Shown here piece by piece: positions 59,594 to 64,000 of a DNA stretch of 64,000 nucleotides. A program made the position numbers and the translations under genes. The notes beneath the pieces were generated by a model that worked only from the letters and a program-made list of their open reading frames with translations, ran no database searches and was not told the origin of the DNA. Every line of letters begins with the position of its first letter. Position 1 is the stretch's first letter. The DNA comes from Lachnospiraceae bacterium (GTDB taxonomy: Bacteria; Bacillota; Clostridia; Lachnospirales; Lachnospiraceae), in assembly GCA_022510685.1 (NCBI GenBank), contig JAFLTA010000008.1:13786-77785 (forward strand). The letters are read 5' to 3'.

Positions 59594-60169
59594 ATGGAAT
59601 TACAAAAATTTTTGAATCATGTAAAAGCAGGCAAAACGATAGAGACAGCATCTGAATATATGATGTTCAGCGGAATGATGAATCAAGAGGCTCTGAAGAT
59701 TACTATGGATTTGAATGGTCGGTATCATACGCCGGAGGAAGTGCAGGAACTCTTCGCAGAATTGACAGGTCAGCCAGTGAATAGGACTTTGGGATTACTT
59801 CCACCGTTTCATACTGATTTTGGAAAGAATATTCATATCGGAGAAAATGTATTTATCAATGCCGGTTGTTCTTTTCAGGATCAGGGTGGTATTACGATAG
59901 GAGATGGATGTTTAATCGGACATAATACCGTTATCGCAACTCTGAACCATGAGGAACAACCTAAAAGGAGAGGTGATCTTCTCCCGGCTCCGGTGGTTAT
60001 CGGTGATAGGGTTTGGATAGGATCAAATGCAACAATCCTGCCTGGTGTAACAATTGGTGATGGCGCAATCGTAGCGGCGGGCGCAGTTGTAACTAAGAAT
60101 GTTCCAGAAAATACAGTTGTTGGAGGTGTACCGGCAAGGGTGATTAAACAGATTGATGTTAAAACATGA
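59594..60169 (+). CDS. Maltose/galactoside O-acetyltransferase family (hexapeptide repeat)
   Basis: [41 protein letters not shown]. Confidence 0.9.
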   Translation: MELQKFLNHVKAGKTIETASEYMMFSGMMNQEALKITMDLNGRYHTPEEVQELFAELTGQPVNRTLGLLPPFHTDFGKNIHIGENVFINAGCSFQDQGGITIGDGCLIGHNTVIATLNHEEQPKRRGDLLPAPVVIGDRVWIGSNATILPGVTIGDGAIVAAGAVVTKNVPENTVVGGVPARVIKQIDVKT

Positions 60170-60247
60170 ATGGAAACAATCGAAAAGGATTTGAATCAGA
60201 GCTGATGTGTGGAGATGAAAAAAGAAATCAGGAAGGAGTAAAAGGGT

Positions 60248-61093
60248 ATGAGAAGGAGAAATTCAATTAGAGTAATGTTTTCAGTATTTTTGGTAGTAAG
60301 CCTAGTGATCGGTACTGTTTTTGCAGAAAAGTCGATTATGTCGGCGGCAAGTAGTTCGATGAAAGGCATCCGTATAAAAATAAATAACAAAAATGTAACG
60401 AAAAAGACCTTTTCCATGAAGCAAGGAAAAAAGCAAAAGTTAAAAGTAATTGTACCGAGACAAAATAAAGCAAAAGTTGCTTTTCGTTCTAATAAAAGAA
60501 ACATTGTATCTGTTACAAAAACGGGAAAGCTCACGGCAAAACAGATAGGAAGTGCCAAGATTACCGTTACAGCAAAAGTAAAAAAGAAGCAGTATAAGGG
60601 ATGGGTAAAAATTAAGGTGATTTCTCCAGAGAAAAATAAATCTGAAAAGGTTAAAAAAGATACAGTAGCAGAGCAGTCTGGTCCATCACCAGATAGCTCT
60701 GATTCTGAAAATACACCAGAAACGGATGATATCAAAAATATGAAAATGAATGTACAAGTTGGAGACAAATCTTTTACGGCAACACTGGAAGATAATGCTG
60801 CCACCAGAGAACTGGTGGAAATGATGAGAGAAGCTCCTATTTCCATTGACATGAATGATTATTCCGGTTTTGAAAAAGTCGGTCCACTTGGGAAAAGCCT
60901 GACGACTGATAATCAACAAACTACTACGGGTCCCGGGGACATCGTGCTTTATAATGGAAATCAGATTGTTATGTTTTATGGTTCAAACTCATGGAGTTAT
61001 ACCAGGATCGGAAAGATTGATGATCTGTCCGGTTGGAAAGATGCATTGGGGAGTGGCAGCATAACAGCAGTGTTTTCTCTTAGCACAAAATAA
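60248..61093 (+). CDS. Secreted Lys-rich Big_2 plus cyclophilin-like domain (variant A)
   Basis: Signal peptide; IVSVTKTGKLTAKQIG; domain A near-identical to that of 48050. Confidence 0.85.
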   Translation: MRRRNSIRVMFSVFLVVSLVIGTVFAEKSIMSAASSSMKGIRIKINNKNVTKKTFSMKQGKKQKLKVIVPRQNKAKVAFRSNKRNIVSVTKTGKLTAKQIGSAKITVTAKVKKKQYKGWVKIKVISPEKNKSEKVKKDTVAEQSGPSPDSSDSENTPETDDIKNMKMNVQVGDKSFTATLEDNAATRELVEMMREAPISIDMNDYSGFEKVGPLGKSLTTDNQQTTTGPGDIVLYNGNQIVMFYGSNSWSYTRIGKIDDLSGWKDALGSGSITAVFSLSTK

Positions 61094-61213
61094 ATGGATA
61101 GGAGAAACTATATATGATGAATCGAAAAATTATTCTGAAGGTAGTATTACCATCGGGAAAAGTATGATAAGGCATATTCTTTTCAAGTGCCGATGAAAAA
61201 TAAGAATGGGGTT

Positions 61214-61834
61214 ATGCTGATGGAATATTTTCTCCGTGGTCTGCTGATTGGTCTGGTCTTTGGGGTTCCGGCAGGAGCTATTGGTGCATTGACCATTCAG
61301 CGCACATTGGAAAAGGGATTTTTTGCAGGATTGGTGACAGGGGTAGGTTCTTCCGCAGCGGATTTACTCTATTCTTGTATCAGTGTATTCGGAATCACAA
61401 TAATCGCAGATTTTTTAACCGCATATCAGAATCCGATTCGCGTAATCGGAGGAATGTTGCTTTTGGTTTTGGGTATTGGCATTTTGCGAAAAAAAGAATT
61501 TTCTGTGGCAGAGCAGGATACGAAGACTTCTTCGGTATTTTACTTTCTGTCTTCTTTTACAGCGGCTATTTTGAATCCGTCTACGATTCTTTCTTTTATG
61601 GTGGCATTTACAGCCTTTGGAATCAGCGGAAATCTGGAAGTTCGTCAGGGACTTGGTTTGATTTTAGGAATATTGGTAGGGACGCTGTGCTGGTGGTCGT
61701 TACTCAGTGGAATTGTAGCACATTTCAGGGGAAAGCTCACCGACAGGATTTATAAATACTTAAACCGTATTTTAGGGTGCTTCATGACGGTATTTGCTAT
61801 TATAATGATGGCTCAAGGAATCCGAGGAATTTAA
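61214..61834 (+). CDS. LysE family transporter
   Basis: GVPAGAIG..IQRTL...G...AADLLY; LNPSTI. Confidence 0.88.
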   Translation: MLMEYFLRGLLIGLVFGVPAGAIGALTIQRTLEKGFFAGLVTGVGSSAADLLYSCISVFGITIIADFLTAYQNPIRVIGGMLLLVLGIGILRKKEFSVAEQDTKTSSVFYFLSSFTAAILNPSTILSFMVAFTAFGISGNLEVRQGLGLILGILVGTLCWWSLLSGIVAHFRGKLTDRIYKYLNRILGCFMTVFAIIMMAQGIRGI

Positions 61835-61878
61835 AATCTATGGAAGGAAATGATGTTGGTCAGAAAGGAGAGACTATA

Positions 61879-62679
61879 ATGAGAAAAAGAACATTAATTA
61901 AGAAAGTGATTTCTGTATTTCTAATTGCAAGCTTGATAGCTGGTACGGTTTCCACGGGGAATTTGCCTGTGATATCAGCAGCAAGCAGTACAAAGAGCAA
62001 AATCTGCTTGAAAATCGACAAACGAAATATAACAAAAAAACATTTTTCCATAAAAGAAGGAAAAAGGAAAAAGATAAAGGCAACCGTATCAAAACAAAAG
62101 AAGACAAAAATTACGTTTCGCTCTGAGGAAAAAAGCATTGTATCTGTCTCAAAAACCGGAACATTCACTGCAAAGAAAGAGGGGATTGCCAAAATTACTG
62201 CGATTGCAAAAGTAAAGGGAAAGACGTATAAAAGCTGGGTGAGTATCCGTGTGCTTCCCTCGAAAAAGAAAAATTCGGTGGCTGCGGGAATGCCCGCCCG
62301 TGTAATTAAGAACGGGACAAAAATTAAGATGCATTTTGGTGACACTGTGATTCCAGCTGTTCTTAACGATAGTGTTACGGCAAAGGCGTTGATAAAAAAA
62401 TTGCCATATACAATTCATGTGGAACGCTATCCTGAGGATTTCTGTGGCACAATGTCGGATGAACTTCCGTACAAAAAAAAGGCGTTGCATTATGGCTGGC
62501 TGGACGGAGATATCGACTATGCTGTTGGTACATCTTATTTCACAATTCTTCATTCAGGGGAAGAAGATTCTGCGGAGTATGGTCCACGAGTAAATATCGG
62601 TGTTATTACCTGTAAACTCAAAAAAATTAGGAGTTTAAAGGGAGATTATGATGTCCTGATTGAATTAGCAAAGAAGTAA
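61879..62679 (+). CDS. Secreted Lys-rich Big_2 plus cyclophilin-like domain (variant C)
   Basis: AAGGAG RBS; IVSVSKTGTFTAKKEG; DFCG...YGWLDGDI...YGPRVNIG. Confidence 0.85.
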   Translation: MRKRTLIKKVISVFLIASLIAGTVSTGNLPVISAASSTKSKICLKIDKRNITKKHFSIKEGKRKKIKATVSKQKKTKITFRSEEKSIVSVSKTGTFTAKKEGIAKITAIAKVKGKTYKSWVSIRVLPSKKKNSVAAGMPARVIKNGTKIKMHFGDTVIPAVLNDSVTAKALIKKLPYTIHVERYPEDFCGTMSDELPYKKKALHYGWLDGDIDYAVGTSYFTILHSGEEDSAEYGPRVNIGVITCKLKKIRSLKGDYDVLIELAKK

Positions 62680-62790
62680 TATTAATAATAAACCATTTGA
62701 AAATAATTAATGGCTCTGCCTATGTTTTTCTAACTAATACAAAAGGATGAACATGGTGGAGTCAATAAAAAGATAAAAGGAGAAAAAATC

Positions 62791-63417
62791 ATGAAAAAAT
62801 TTATGACATCGTTTATGGCATTGTTACTTTCTGTCAGTCTGCTTTCCTTTGCGGGATGTGCTTCACAGACAGAAAATCCGGGGACTCCTCCGGACGAGGT
62901 AATCCGTCAAGATAATTCCGGAAACGCATCGGGAAGTGGAGACACCAGTGGGGATTCACAGAGCGGAAACAGCACTTCCTCCTATGAAGGAGACATTATA
63001 GAAAATGCTGTGTCCGTTCAGATCGGCAAGAAGGGGAAAAAGGACTGGATAGTCAATATGTATAATAACGCTGCTGCTTTGACTATGCTTGATTATTTAT
63101 CTGGTTCTAAAATGCTGTTTCCTACTTATACCTATGAGGAAGAGCAGGGATTTGTTGCGCAGGATGTCAGAGGAAATTATACCAGGGATGATGAAACCAC
63201 CATTACCGATATCAAGGCCGGTGAGTTGTATCTATTTAGTGGTGGACAGCTCCGCTTATATTTTAAGGACATGTCGGGAGCTAATATTACTGCAACTCCT
63301 GTAGGCTATTATACAGATACAGAGGGGCTGACAGAAGCAGTGCAGGATGCCTATGAATCCAATAAGGGGGATACATGGGGTGTGGATGTATATTTTCAGA
63401 TTAAGAAATTGATTTAG
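62791..63417 (+). CDS. Lipoprotein with divergent cyclophilin-like domain (variant D)
   Basis: Lipobox FAGC; S/G linker; NNAAA...AGELYLFSGGQLRLYF...TPVG. Confidence 0.7.
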   Translation: MKKFMTSFMALLLSVSLLSFAGCASQTENPGTPPDEVIRQDNSGNASGSGDTSGDSQSGNSTSSYEGDIIENAVSVQIGKKGKKDWIVNMYNNAAALTMLDYLSGSKMLFPTYTYEEEQGFVAQDVRGNYTRDDETTITDIKAGELYLFSGGQLRLYFKDMSGANITATPVGYYTDTEGLTEAVQDAYESNKGDTWGVDVYFQIKKLI

Positions 63418-63494
63418 CGCGCCATTGTGCAAATAATTAAAATAGTATTTATGCTATACTAAGATAAGTTTATAAAATCTGGAGGAATCATGAT

Positions 63495-64000
63495 ATGAAA
63501 AAATTAGGTTTTGGACTAATGCGTATGCCAACGCTGGACGCGACCAATCCGGCAGATGTGGATATCGAGCAGGTAAAAAAGATGGTGGATCTCTTTATCA
63601 ATAAAGGCTTTACCTATTTTGACACTGCTCTGATGTACAACGGCTTTGCCAGTGAGAGTGTGGCAAAGACAGCACTAGTGGAGCGCTATCCGCGGGATAG
63701 TTTTACCCTTGCCACGAAGCTCCATGCAGGTTTTTTTGATTCCATGGAGGATCGGGATAAGGTTTTCAACTCACAGCTTGAAAAGACCGGTGCAGGATAT
63801 TTTGATTATTATCTACTCCACGGTATTGAAAGTGCCATGCTGCAAAAGTACGAAAAGTTTGACTGCTTTAACTGGCTTTTGGAAAAGAAGGCACAAGGTT
63901 TAGTTAAGCATGCTGGCTTCTCCTATCACGATTCTGCTGAGCTCTTGGATGATATTCTCACAAAACATCCGGAGATGGAATTTGTTCAGCTGCAGATTAA
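63495..64000 (+). CDS. Aldo/keto reductase (5' part, runs off the window)
   Basis: MKKLGFGLMRMP...GFTYFDTA..Y...LATKL...YFDYYLLH; GGAGG RBS. Confidence 0.9.
   Translation, partial: MKKLGFGLMRMPTLDATNPADVDIEQVKKMVDLFINKGFTYFDTALMYNGFASESVAKTALVERYPRDSFTLATKLHAGFFDSMEDRDKVFNSQLEKTGAGYFDYYLLHGIESAMLQKYEKFDCFNWLLEKKAQGLVKHAGFSYHDSAELLDDILTKHPEMEFVQLQI

Noticed and set aside
48190-61090. Near-identical cyclophilin-like A domains as the TR/VR pair of a diversity-generating retroelement
   Set aside because: No reverse transcriptase in the window; the differences are largely third-position and not adenine-specific; all copies are in intact ORFs.
62280-62312. GMPARVIK resembling the acetyltransferase C-terminus GVPARVIK, suggesting gene capture
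   Set aside because: It aligns with MPTRVLENG at the start of domain C in 58551, so the similarity is likely coincidental.
1-64000. tRNA, rRNA, T-box or classic riboswitches
   Set aside because: No recognisable consensus found by eye in the intergenic regions; an Infernal/tRNAscan run would be needed to exclude them.

Overview
This is a chromosomal window from a low-GC Firmicute, most likely a spore-forming Lachnospiraceae/Clostridiales member (inferred from gene content and GGAGG RBSs). 1-26 kb is mostly core genome: spo0A, citrate synthase, putP, glgB, mscS, corA, argH, pcrA, tyrA and a class A PBP. An unusual signalling cluster precedes spo0A: a pseudo-receiver OmpR protein, a stand-alone receiver, a His-retaining but apparently ATPase-dead LytS-type kinase, and a SARP-type regulator. 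27-34 kb holds a BlaI/M56 pair, an orphan kinase, a decaying serine recombinase, a Y-family polymerase and a YolD-like gene. 34-47 kb carries chemotaxis receptors, a complete fructose PTS and a GH31/AraC cassette. 47.5-64 kb is an accessory island with four promoters of identical architecture (a likely LysR regulon) and six exported proteins built combinatorially from two anchor types and four variants of a cyclophilin-like domain. Several families of structured intergenic repeats or MITE-like elements are scattered through the window. I recognised no rRNA, tRNA, CRISPR array or transposase. All calls come from motifs read by eye; no database searches were run.
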